64,000 nt of DNA from Auanema rhodensis (Eukaryota; Animalia; Nematoda), in assembly GCA_964057225.1 (NCBI GenBank), contig CAXKVF010000074.1, positions 124,001 through 188,000 on the forward strand. Direction: 5' to 3'. Under the pieces are notes generated by a model that was not told the origin of the DNA, searched no databases, and saw only the letters and a program-made list of their open reading frames with translations. Shown in pieces: positions 1-11,968 of this stretch. The first letter of the stretch is position 1. The number at the start of each line of letters is the position of its first letter. The translations under genes and the position numbers were made by a program.

Positions 1-176
1 TGTAACTCGCTTCACGTGAAAGATAAAGAAATGCGGTTTTCAAAATTAGATTCCCCATGTCCATATTAGTCTAAAAACAAATTTTTATTGATATTGGTGC
101 ATGGTAACCATGACTTTGAAATTTACGTGAACTTTAATTTATGCTAATTAAATGTACACGTGATGTGCACTTGGTA
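1..176 (+). repeat. Reference monomer (arbitrary phase) containing dyads TTCACGTGAA (11-20), TTTT-C-AAAA (37-45), TAAAAA-CAAA-TTTTTA (72-87), CATGGT-A-ACCATG (100-112), TAATTA (145-150), TGTACA (153-158), CACGTG (157-162), GTGCAC (165-170)
   Basis: Read directly from the sequence; each arm checked against its reverse complement. Confidence 0.95.
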
Positions 177-528
177 TGTAACTCGCTTCACGTGAAAGAT
201 GAAGAGATGCGGTTTTCAAAATTAGATTCCCCATGTCCATATTAGTCTAAAAACAAATTTTTATTGATATTGGTTCATGGTAACCATGACTTTGAAATTT
301 ACGTGAACTTTAATTTATGCTAATTAAATGTACACGTGATGTGCACTTGGTATGTAACTCGCTTCACGTGAAAGATGAAGAGATGCGGTTTTCAAAATTA
401 GATTCCCCATGTCCATATTAGTCTAAAAACAAATTTTTATTGATATTGGTGCATGGTAACCATGACTTTGAAATTTACGTGAACTTTAATTTATGCTAAT
501 TAAATGTACACGTGATGTGCACTTGGTA

Positions 529-2992
529 TGTAACTCGCTTCTCGTGAAAGATAAAGAGATGCGGTTTTCAAAATTAGATTCCCCATGTCCATATTAGTCT
601 AAAAACAAATTTTTATTGATATTGGTTCATGGTAACCATGACTTTGAAATTTACGTGAACTTTAATTTATGCTAATTAAATGTACACGTGATGTGCACTT
701 GGTATGTAACTCGCTTCACGTGAAAGATAAAGAGATGCGGTTTTCAAAATTAGATTCCCCATGTCCATATTAGTCTAAAAACAAATTTTTATTGATATTG
801 GTGCATGGTAACCATGACTTTGAAATTTACGTGAACTTTAATTTATGCTAATTAAATGTACACGTGATGTGCACTTGGTATGTAACTCGCTTCACGTGAA
901 AGATGAAGAGATGCGGTTTTCAAAATTAGATTCCCCATGTCCATATTAGTCTAAAAACAAATTTTTATTGATATTGGTGCATGGTAACCATGACTTTGAA
1001 ATTTACGTGAACTTTAATTTATGCTAATTAAATGTACACGTGATGTGCACTTGGTATGCAACTCGCTTCACGTGAAAGATAAAGAGATGCGGTTTTCAAA
1101 ATTAGATTCCCCATGTCCATATTAGTCTAAAAACAAATTTTTATTGATATTGGTGCATGGTAACCATGACTTTGAAATTTACGTGAACTTTAATTTATGC
1201 TAATTAAATGTACACGTGATGTGCACTTGGTATGTAACTCGCTTCACGTGAAAGATGAAGAGATGCTGTTTTCAAAATTAGATTCCCCATGTCCATATTA
1301 GTCTAAAAACAAATTTTTATTGATATTGGTGCATGGTAACCATGACTTTGAAATTTACGTGAACTTCAATTTATGCTAATTAAATGTACACGTGATGTGC
1401 ACTTGGTATGTAACTCGCTTCACGTGAAAGATGAAGAGATGCGGTTTTCAAAATTAGATTCCCCATGTCCATATTAGTCTAAAAACAAATTTTTATTGAT
1501 ATTGGTTCATGGTAACCATGACTTTGAAATTTACGTGAACTTTAATTAATGCTAATTAAATGTACACGTGATGTGCACTTGGTATGTAACTCGCTTCACG
1601 TGAAAGATGAAGAGATGCGGTTTTCAAAATTAGATTCCCCATGTCCATATTAGTCTAAAAACAAATTTTTATTGATATTGGTTCATGGTAACCATGACTT
1701 TGAAATTTACGTGAACTTTAATTTATGCTAATTAAATGTACACGTGATGTGCACTTGGTATGTAACTCGTTTCACGTGAAAGATAAAGAGATGCGGTTTT
1801 CAAAATTAGATTCCCCATGTCCATATTAGTCTAAAAACAAATTTTTATCGATATTGGTGCATGGTAACCATGACTTTGAAATTTACGTGAACTTCAATTT
1901 ATGCTAATTAAATGTACACGTGATGTGCACTTGGTATGTAACTCGCTTCACGTGAAAGATGAAGAGATGCGGTTTTCAAAATTAGATTCCCCATGTCCAT
2001 ATTAGTCTAAAAACAAATTTTTATTGATATTGGTTCATGGTAACCATGACTTTGAAATTTACGTGAACTTTAATTAATGCTAATTAAATGTACACGTGAT
2101 GTGCACTTGGTATGTAACTCGCTTCACGTGAAAGATGAAGAGATGCGGTTTTCAAAATTAGATTCCCCATGTCCATATTAGTCTAAAAACAAATTTTTAT
2201 TGATATTGGTTCATGGTAACCATGACTTTGAAATTTACGTGAACTTTAATTTATGCTAATTAAATGTACACGTGATGTGCACTTGGTATGTAACTCGTTT
2301 CACGTGAAAGATAAAGAGATGCGGTTTTCAAAATTAGATTCCCCATGTCCATATTAGTCTAAAAACAAATTTTTATTGATATTGGTACATGGTAACCATG
2401 ACTTTGAAATTTACGTGAACTTTAATTTATGCTAATTAAATGTACACTTGATGTGCACTTGGTATGTAACTCGCTTCACGTGAAAGATAAAGAGATGCGG
2501 TTTTCAAAATTAGATTCCCCATGTCCATATTAGTCTAAAAACAAATTTTTATTGATATTGGTTCATGGTAACCATGACTTTGAAATTTACGTGAACTTTA
2601 ATTTATGCTAATTAAATGTACACGTGATGTGCACTTGGTATGTAACTCGCTTCACGTGAAAGATAAAGAAATGCGGTTTTCAAAATTAGATTCCCCATGT
2701 CCATATTAGTCTAAAAACAAATTTTTATTGATATTGGTGCATGGTAACCATGACTTTGAAATTTACGTGAACTTTAATTTATGCTAATTAAATGTACACG
2801 TGATGTGCACTTGGTATGTAACTCGCTTCACGTGAAAGATAAAGAGATGCGGTTTTCAAAATTAGATTTCCCATGTCCATATTAGTCTAAAAACAAATTT
2901 TTATTGTTATTAGTTCATGGTAACCATGACTTTGAAATTTACGTGAACTTTAATTTATGCTAATTAAATGTACACGTGATGTGCACTTGGTA
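529..2992 (+). repeat. 14-monomer block, copy 1 of a long-range duplication (copy 2 at 60901-63364)
   Basis: Same ordered variant string in both copies, including markers seen nowhere else: T89C (1849/62221) and A at position 99 (2387/62759), plus the C53T+A91T+G96A monomer. Offset 60372 bp. Confidence 0.9.
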
Positions 2993-5280
2993 TGTAACTC
3001 GCTTCACGTGAAAGATAAAGAGATGCGGTTTTCAAAATTAGATTCCCCATGTCCATATTAGTCTAAAAACAAATTTTTATTGATATTGGTGCATGGTAAC
3101 CATGACTTTGAAATTTACGTGAACTTTAATTTATGCTAATTAAATGTACACGTGATGTGCACTTGGTATGTAACTCGCTTCACGTGAAAGATGAAGAGAT
3201 GCGGTTTTCAAAATTAGATTCCCCATGTCCATATTAGTCTAAAAACAAATTTTTATTGATATTGGTGCATGGTAACCATGACTTTGAAATTTACGTGAAC
3301 TTCAATTTATGCTAATTAAATGTACACGTGATGTGCACTTGGTATGTAACTCGCTTCACGTGAAAGATAAAGAGATGCGGTTTTCAAAATTAGATTCCCC
3401 ATGTCCATATTAGTCTAAAAACAAATTTTTATTGATATTGGTTCATGGTAACCATGACTTTGAAATTTACGTGAACTTTAATTAATGCTAATTAAATGTA
3501 CACGTGATGTGCACTTGGTATGTAACTCGCTTCACGTGAAAGATGAAGAGATGCGGTTTTCAAAATTAGATTCCCCATGTCCATATTAGTCTAAAAACAA
3601 ATTTTTATTGATATTGGTTCATGGTAACCATGACTTTGAAATTTACGTGAACTTTAATTTATGCTAATTAAATGTACACGTGATGTGCACTTGGTATGTA
3701 ACTCGTTTCACGTGAAAGATAAAGAGATGCGGTTTTCAAAATTAGATTCCCCATGTCCATATTAGTCTAAAAACAAATTTTTATTGATATTGGTGCATGG
3801 TAACCATGACTTTGAAATTTACGTGAACTTTAATTTATGCTAATTAAATGTACACTTGATGTGCACTTGGTATGTAACTCGCTTCACGTGAAAGATAAAG
3901 AGATGCGGTTTTCAAAATTAGATTCCCCATGTCCATATTAGTCTAAAAACAAATTTTTATTGATATTGGTTCATGGTAACCATGACTTTGAAATTTACGT
4001 GAACTTTAATTTATGCTAATTAAATGTACACGTGATGTGCACTTGGTATGTAACTCGCTTCACGTGAAAGATAAAGAAATGCGGTTTTCAAAATTAGATT
4101 CCCCATGTCCATATTAGTCTAAAAACAAATTTTTATTGATATTGGTGCATGGTAACCATGACTTTGAAATTTACGTGAACTTTAATTTATGCTAATTAAA
4201 TGTACACGTGATGTGCACTTGGTATGTAACTCGCTTCACGTGAAAGATAAAGAGATGCGGTTTTCAAAATTAGATTCCCCATGTCCATATTAGTCTAAAA
4301 ACAAATTTTTATTGATATTGGTTCATGGTAACCATGACTTTGAAATTTACGTGAACTTTAATTTATGCTAATTAAATGTACACGTGATGTGCACTTGGTT
4401 TGTAACTCGCTTCACGTGAAAGATAAAGAGATGCGGTTTTCAAAATTAGATTCCCCATGTCCATATTAGTCTAAAAACAAATTTTTATTGATATTGGTTC
4501 ATGGTAACCATGACTTTGAAATTTACGTGAACTTTAATTTATGCTAATTAAATGTACACGTGATGTGCACTTGGTATGTAACTCGCTTCACGTGAAAGAT
4601 AAAGAGATGCGGTTTTCAAAATTAGATTCCCCATGTCCATATTAGTCTAAAAACAAATTTTTATTGATATTAGTTCATGGTAACCATGACTTTGAAATTT
4701 ACGTGAACTTTAATTTATGCTAATTAAATGTACACGTGATGTGCACTTGGTATGTAACTCGCTTCACGTGAAAGATAAAGAGATGCGGTTTTCAAAATTA
4801 GATTCCCCATGTCCATATTAGTCTAAAAACAAATTTTTATTGATATTGGTTCATGGTAACCATGACTTTGAAATTTACGTGAACTTTAATTTATGCTAAT
4901 TAAATGTACACGTGATGTGCACTTGGTATGTAACTCGCTTCACGTGAAAGATAAAAAGATGCGGTTTTCAAAATTAGATTCCCCATGTCCATATTAGTCT
5001 AAAAACAAATTTTTATTGATATTAGTTCATGGTAACCATGACTTTGAAATTTACGTGAACTTTAATTTATGCTAATTAAATGTACACGTGATGTGCACTT
5101 GGTATGTAACTCGCTTCACGTGAAAGATAAAGAGATGCGGTTTTCAAAATTAGATTCCCCATGTCCATATTAGTCTAAAAACAAATTTTTATTGATATTG
5201 GTTCATGGTAACCATGACTTTGAAATTTACGTGAACTTTAATTTATGCTAATTAAATGTACACGTGATGTGCACTTGGTA

Positions 5281-8200
5281 TGTAACTCGCTTCACGTGAA
5301 AGATGAAGAGATGCGGTTTTCAAAATTAGATTCCCCATGTCCATATTAGTCTAAAAACGAATTTTTATTGATATTGGTTCATGGTAACCATGACTTTGAA
5401 ATTTACGTGAACTTTAATTTATGCTAATTAAATGTACACGTGATGTGCACTTGGTATGTAACTCGCTTCACGTGAAAGATAAAGAGATGCGGTTTTCAAA
5501 ATTAGATTCCCCATGTCCATATTAGTCTAAAAACAAATTTTTATTGATATTGGTTCATGGTAACCATGACTTTGAATTTTACGTGAACTTTAATTTATGC
5601 TAATTAAATGTACACGTGATGTGCACTTGGTATGTAACTCGCTTCACGTAAAAGATAAAGAGATGCGGTTTTCAAAATTAGATTCCCCATGTCCATATTA
5701 GTCTAAAAACAAATTTTTATTGATATTGGTTCATGGTAACCATGACTTTGAAATTTACGTGAACTTTAATTAATGCTAATTAAATGTACACGTGATGTGC
5801 ACTTGGTATGTAACTCGCTTCACGTGAAAGATGAAGAGATGCGGTTTTCAAAATTAGATTCCCCATGTCCATATTAGTCTAAAAACAAATTTTTATTGAT
5901 ATTGGTTCATGGTAACCATGACTTTGAAATTTACGTGAACTTTAATTTATGCTAATTAAATGTACACGTGATGTGCACTTGGTATGTAACTCGTTTCACG
6001 TGAAAGATAAAGAGATGCGGTTTTCAAAATTAGATTCCCCATGTCCATATTAGTCTAAAAACAAATTTTTATTGATATTGGTGCATGGTAACCATGACTT
6101 TGAAATTTACGTGAACTTTAATTTATGCTAATTAAATGTACACTTGATGTGCACTTGGTATGTAACTCGCTTCACGTGAAAGATAAAGAGATGCGGTTTT
6201 CAAAATTAGATTCCCCATGTCCATATTAGTCTAAAAACAAATTTTTATTGATATTGGTTCATGGTAACCATGACTTTGAAATTTACGTGAACTTTAATTT
6301 ATGCTAATTAAATGTACACGTGATGTGCACTTGGTATGTAACTCGCTTCACGTGAAAGATAAAGAAATGCGGTTTTCAAAATTAGATTCCCCATGTCCAT
6401 ATTAGTCTAAAAACAAATTTTTATTGATATTGGTGCATGGTAACCATGACTTTGAAATTTACGTGAACTTTAATTTATGCTAATTAAATGTACACGTGAT
6501 GTGCACTTGGTATGTAACTCGCTTCACGTGAAAGATAAAGAGATGCGGTTTTCAAAATTAGATTCCCCATGTCCATATTAGTCTAAAAACAAATTTTTAT
6601 TGATATTAGTTCATGGTAACCATGACTTTGAAATTTACGTGAACTTTAATTTATGCTAATTAAATGTACACGTGATGTGCACTTGGTATGTAACTCGCTT
6701 CACGTGAAAGATAAAGAGATGCGGTTTTCAAAATTAGATTCCCCATGTCCATATTAGTCTAAAAACAAATTTTTATTGATATTGGTTCATGGTAACCATG
6801 ACTTTGAAATTTACGTGAACTTTAATTTATGCTAATTAAATGTACACGTGATGTGCACTTGGTATGTAACTCGCTTCACGTGAAAGATAAAAAGATGCGG
6901 TTTTCAAAATTAGATTCCCCATGTCCATATTAGTCTAAAAACAAATTTTTATTGATATTAGTTCATGGTAACCATGACTTTGAAATTTACGTGAACTTTA
7001 ATTTATGCTAATTAAATGTACACGTGATGTGCACTTGGTATGTAACTCGCTTCACGTGAAAGATAAAGAGATGCGGTTTTCAAAATTAGATTCCCCATGT
7101 CCATATTAGTCTAAAAACAAATTTTTATTGATATTGGTTCATGGTAACCATGACTTTGAAATTTACGTGAACTTTAATTTATGCTAATTAAATGTACACG
7201 TGATGTGCACTTGGTATGTAACTCGCTTCACGTGAAAGATAAAGAGATGCGGTTTTCAAAATTAGATTCCCCATGTCCATATTAGTCTAAAAACAAATTT
7301 TTATTGATATTGGTTCATGGTAACCATGACTTTGAAATTTACGTGAACTTTAATTTATGCTAATTAAATGTACACGTGATGTGCACTTGGTATGTAACTC
7401 GCTTCACGTAAAAGAAAAAGAGATGCGGTTTTCAAAATTAGATTCCCCATGTCCATATTAGTCTAAAAACAAATTTTTATTGATATTGGTTCATGGTAAC
7501 CATGACTTTGAAATTTACGTGAACTTTAATTTATGCTAATTAAATGTACACGTGATGTGCACTTGGTATGTAACTCGCTTCACGTGAAAGATAAAGAGAT
7601 GCGGTTTTCAAAATTAGATTCCCCATGTCCATATTAGTCTAAAAACAAATTTTTATTGATATTGGTTCATGGTAACCATGACTTTGAAATTTACGTGAAC
7701 TTTAATTTATGCTAATTAAATGTACACGTGATGTGCACTTGGTATGTAACTCGCTTCACGTGAAAGAAAAAGAGATGCGGTTTTCAAAATTAGATTCCCC
7801 ATGTCCATATTAGTCTAAAAACAAATTTTTATTGATATTGGTTCATGGTAACCATGACTTTGAAATTTATGTGAACTTTAATTTATGCTAATTAAATGTA
7901 CACGTGATGTGCACTTGGTATGTAACTCGCTTCACGTGAAAGAAAAAGAGATGCGGTTTTCAAAATTAGATTCCCCATGTCCATATTAGTCTAAAAACAA
8001 ATTTTTATTGATATTGGTTCATGGTAACCATGACTTTGAAATTTACGTGAACTTTAATTTATGCTAATTAAATGTACACGTGATGTGCACTTGGTATGTA
8101 ACTCGCTTCACGTGAAAGATAAAGAGATGCGGTTTTCAAAATTAGATTCCCCATGTCCATATTAGTCTAAAAACAAATTTTTATTGATATTGGTGCATGG

Positions 8201-11200
8201 TAACCATGACTTTGAAATTTACGTGAACTTTAATTTATGCTAATTAAATGTACACGTGATGTGCACTTGGTATGTAACTCGCTTCACGTGAAAGATGAAG
8301 AGATGCGGTTTTCAAAATTAGATTCCCCATGTCCATATTAGTCTAAAAACGAATTTTTATTGATATTGGTTCATGGTAACCATGACTTTGAAATTTACGT
8401 GAACTTTAATTTATGCTAATTAAATGTACACGTGATGTGCACTTGGTATGTAACTCGCTTCACGTGAAAGATAAAGAGATGCGGTTTTCAAAATTAGATT
8501 CCCCATGTCCATATTAGTCTAAAAACAAATTTTTATTGATATTGGTTCATGGTAACCATGACTTTGAATTTTACGTGAACTTTAATTTATGCTAATTAAA
8601 TGTACACGTGATGTGCACTTGGTATGTAACTCGCTTCACGTAAAAGATAAAGAGATGCGGTTTTCAAAATTAGATTCCCCATGTCCATATTAGTCTAAAA
8701 ACAAATTTTTATTGATATTGCTTCATGGTAACCATGACTTTGAAATTTACGTGAACTTTAATTTATGCTAATTAAATGTACACGTGATGTGCACTTGGTA
8801 TGTAACTCGCTTCACGTGAAAGATGAAGAGATGCGGTTTTCAAAATTAGATTCCCCATGTCCATATTAGTCTAAAAACAAATTTTTATTGATATTGGTTC
8901 ATGGTAACCATGACTTTGAAATTTACGTGAACTTTAATTTATGCTAATTAAATGTACACGTGATGTGCACTTGGTATGTAACTCGCTTCACGTGAAAGAT
9001 AAAGAGATGCGGTTTTCAAAATTAGATTCCCCATGTCCATATTAGTCTAAAAACAAATTTTTATTGATATTGGTTCATGGTAACCATGACTTTGAAATTT
9101 ACGTGAACTTTAATTTATGCTAATTAAATGTACACGTGATGTGCACTTGGTATGTAACTCGCTTCACGTGAAAGAAAAAGAGATGCGGTTTTCAAAATTA
9201 GATTCCCCATGTCCATATTAGTCTAAAAACAAATTTTTATTGATATTGGTTCATGGTAACCATGACTTTGAAATTTATGTGAACTTTAATTTATGCTAAT
9301 TAAATGTACACGTGATGTGCACTTGGTATGTAACTCGCTTCACGTGAAAGAAAAAGAGATGCGGTTTTCAAAATTAGATTCCCCATGTCCATATTAGTCT
9401 AAAAACAAATTTTTATTGATATTGGTTCATGGTAACCATGACTTTGAAATTTACGTGAACTTTAATTTATGCTAATTAAATGTACACGTGATGTGCACTT
9501 GGTATGTAACTCGCTTCACGTGAAAGATAAAGAGATGCGGTTTTCAAAATTAGATTCCCCATGTCCATATTAGTCTAAAAACAAATTTTTATTGATATTG
9601 GTGCATGGTAACCATGACTTTGAAATTTACGTGAACTTTAATTTATGCTAATTAAATGTACACGTGATGTGCACTTGGTATGTAACTCGCTTCACGTGAA
9701 AGATAAAGAGATGCGGTTTTCAAAATTAGATTCCCCATGTCCATATTAGTCTAAAAACAAATTTTTATTGATATTGGTTCATGGTAACCATGACTTTGAA
9801 ATTTACGTGAACTTTAATTTATGCTAATTAAATGTACACGTGATGTGCACTTGGTATGTAACTCGCTTCACGTGAAAGATAAAAAGATGCGGTTTTCAAA
9901 ATTAGATTCCCCATGTCCATATTAGTCTAAAAACAAATTTTTATTGATATTAGTTCATGGTAACCATGACTTTGAAATTTACGTGAACTTTAATTTATGC
10001 TAATTAAATGTACACGTGATGTGCACTTGGTATGTAACTCGCTTCACGTGAAAGATAAAGAGATGCGGTTTTCAAAATTAGATTCCCCATGTCCATATTA
10101 GTCTAAAAACAAATTTTTATTGATATTGGTTCATGGTAACCATGACTTTGAAATTTACGTGAACTTTAATTTATGCTAATTAAATGTACACGTGATGTGC
10201 ACTTGGTATGTAACTCGCTTCACGTGAAAGATAAAGAGATGCGGTTTTCAAAATTAGATTCCCCATGTCCATATTAGTCTAAAAACAAATTTTTATTGAT
10301 ATTGGTTCATGGTAACCATGACTTTGAAATTTACGTGAACTTTAATTTATGCTAATTAAATGTACACGTGATGTGCACTTGGTATGTAACTCGCTTCACG
10401 TAAAAGAAAAAGAGATGCGGTTTTCAAAATTAGATTCCCCATGTCCATATTAGTCTAAAAACAAATTTTTATTGATATTGGTTCATGGTAACCATGACTT
10501 TGAAATTTACGTGAACTTTAATTTATGCTAATTAAATGTACACGTGATGTGCACTTGGTATGTAACTCGCTTCACGTGAAAGATAAAGAGATGCGGTTTT
10601 CAAAATTAGATTCCCCATGTCCATATTAGTCTAAAAACAAATTTTTATTGATATTGGTTCATGGTAACCATGACTTTGAAATTTACGTGAACTTTAATTT
10701 ATGCTAATTAAATGTACACGTGATGTGCACTTGGTATGTAACTCGCTTCACGTGAAAGAAAAAGAGATGCGGTTTTCAAAATTAGATTCCCCATGTCCAT
10801 ATTAGTCTAAAAACAAATTTTTATTGATATTGGTTCATGGTAACCATGACTTTGAAATTTATGTGAACTTTAATTTATGCTAATTAAATGTACACGTGAT
10901 GTGCACTTGGTATGTAACTCGCTTCACGTGAAAGAAAAAGAGATGCGGTTTTCAAAATTAGATTCCCCATGTCCATATTAGTCTAAAAACAAATTTTTAT
11001 TGATATTGGTTCATGGTAACCATGACTTTGAAATTTACGTGAACTTTAATTTATGCTAATTAAATGTACACGTGATGTGCACTTGGTATGTAACTCGCTT
11101 CACGTGAAAGATAAAGAGATGCGGTTTTCAAAATTAGATTCCCCATGTCCATATTAGTCTAAAAACAAATTTTTATTGATATTGGTGCATGGTAACCATG

Positions 11201-11968
11201 ACTTTGAAATTTACGTGAACTTTAATTTATGCTAATTAAATGTACACGTGATGTGCACTTGGTATGTAACTCGCTTCACGTGAAAGATGAAGAGATGCGG
11301 TTTTCAAAATTAGATTCCCCATGTCCATATTAGTCTAAAAACGAATTTTTATTGATATTGGTTCATGGTAACCATGACTTTGAAATTTACGTGAACTTTA
11401 ATTTATGCTAATTAAATGTACACGTGATGTGCACTTGGTATGTAACTCGCTTCACGTGAAAGATAAAGAGATGCGGTTTTCAAAATTAGATTCCCAATGT
11501 CCATATTAGTCTAAAAACAAATTTTTATTGATATTGGTTCATGGTAACCATGACTTTGAATTTTACGTGAACTTTAATTTATGCTAATTAAATGTACACG
11601 TGATGTGCACTTGGTATGTAACTCGCTTCACGTAAAAGATAAAGAGATGCGGTTTTCAAAATTAGATTCCCCATGTCCATATTAGTCTAAAAACAAATTT
11701 TTATTGATATTGCTTCATGGTAACCATGACTTTGAAATTTACGTGAACTTTAATTTATGCTAATTAAATGTACACGTGATGTGCACTTGGTATGTAACTC
11801 GCTTCACGTGAAAGATGAAGAGATGCGGTTTTCAAAATTAGATTCCCCATGTCCATATTAGTCTAAAAACAAATTTTTATTGATATTGGTTCATGGTAAC
11901 CATGACTTTGAAATTTACGTGAACTTTAATTTATGCTAATTAAATGTACACGTGATGTGCACTTGGTA
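5281..11968 (+). repeat. Local 17-monomer (2992 bp) higher-order repeat, ~2.2 copies, imperfect
   Basis: A79G at 5359, 8351, 11343; A121T at 5577, 8569, 11561; G18A at 5650, 8642, 11634. All are spaced exactly 2992 bp. Confidence 0.85.

Noticed and set aside
30-78. Origin from a MITE/Helitron internal segment (gatgcggttttc...ttagattc motif feels familiar from invertebrate repeats)
   Set aside because: Vague recollection only; no TIRs, TSDs or element ends lie in the window. A Dfam/Repbase search is needed.
19-153. Phased A-tracts producing intrinsic curvature
   Set aside because: A/T tracts are present (37-45, 73-86, 115-124, 133-140, 150-153) but not at a consistent ~10.5-bp spacing by eye; needs a curvature calculation.
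1-176. Known satellites of similar size (Brassica 176-bp CentBr, Arabidopsis CEN178, primate 171-bp alpha satellite)
   Set aside because: Only the length is similar. I see no resemblance to those consensus sequences as I recall them, and no HindIII AAGCTT site. A BLAST search would settle it.
1-176. CENP-B box
   Set aside because: No TTCG....A..CGGG on either strand of the consensus.
1-176. 5S rDNA, tRNA, snRNA or spliced-leader tandem gene array
   Set aside because: No recognisable 5S sequence, cloverleaf or Pol III A/B boxes, and no conserved-gene/variable-spacer partition.
157-290. Budding-yeast point centromere (CDEI match ATCACGTG)
   Set aside because: No ~80-bp >90% AT CDEII or CDEIII at the proper spacing, and point centromeres are not tandem arrays; kept only as an E-box observation.
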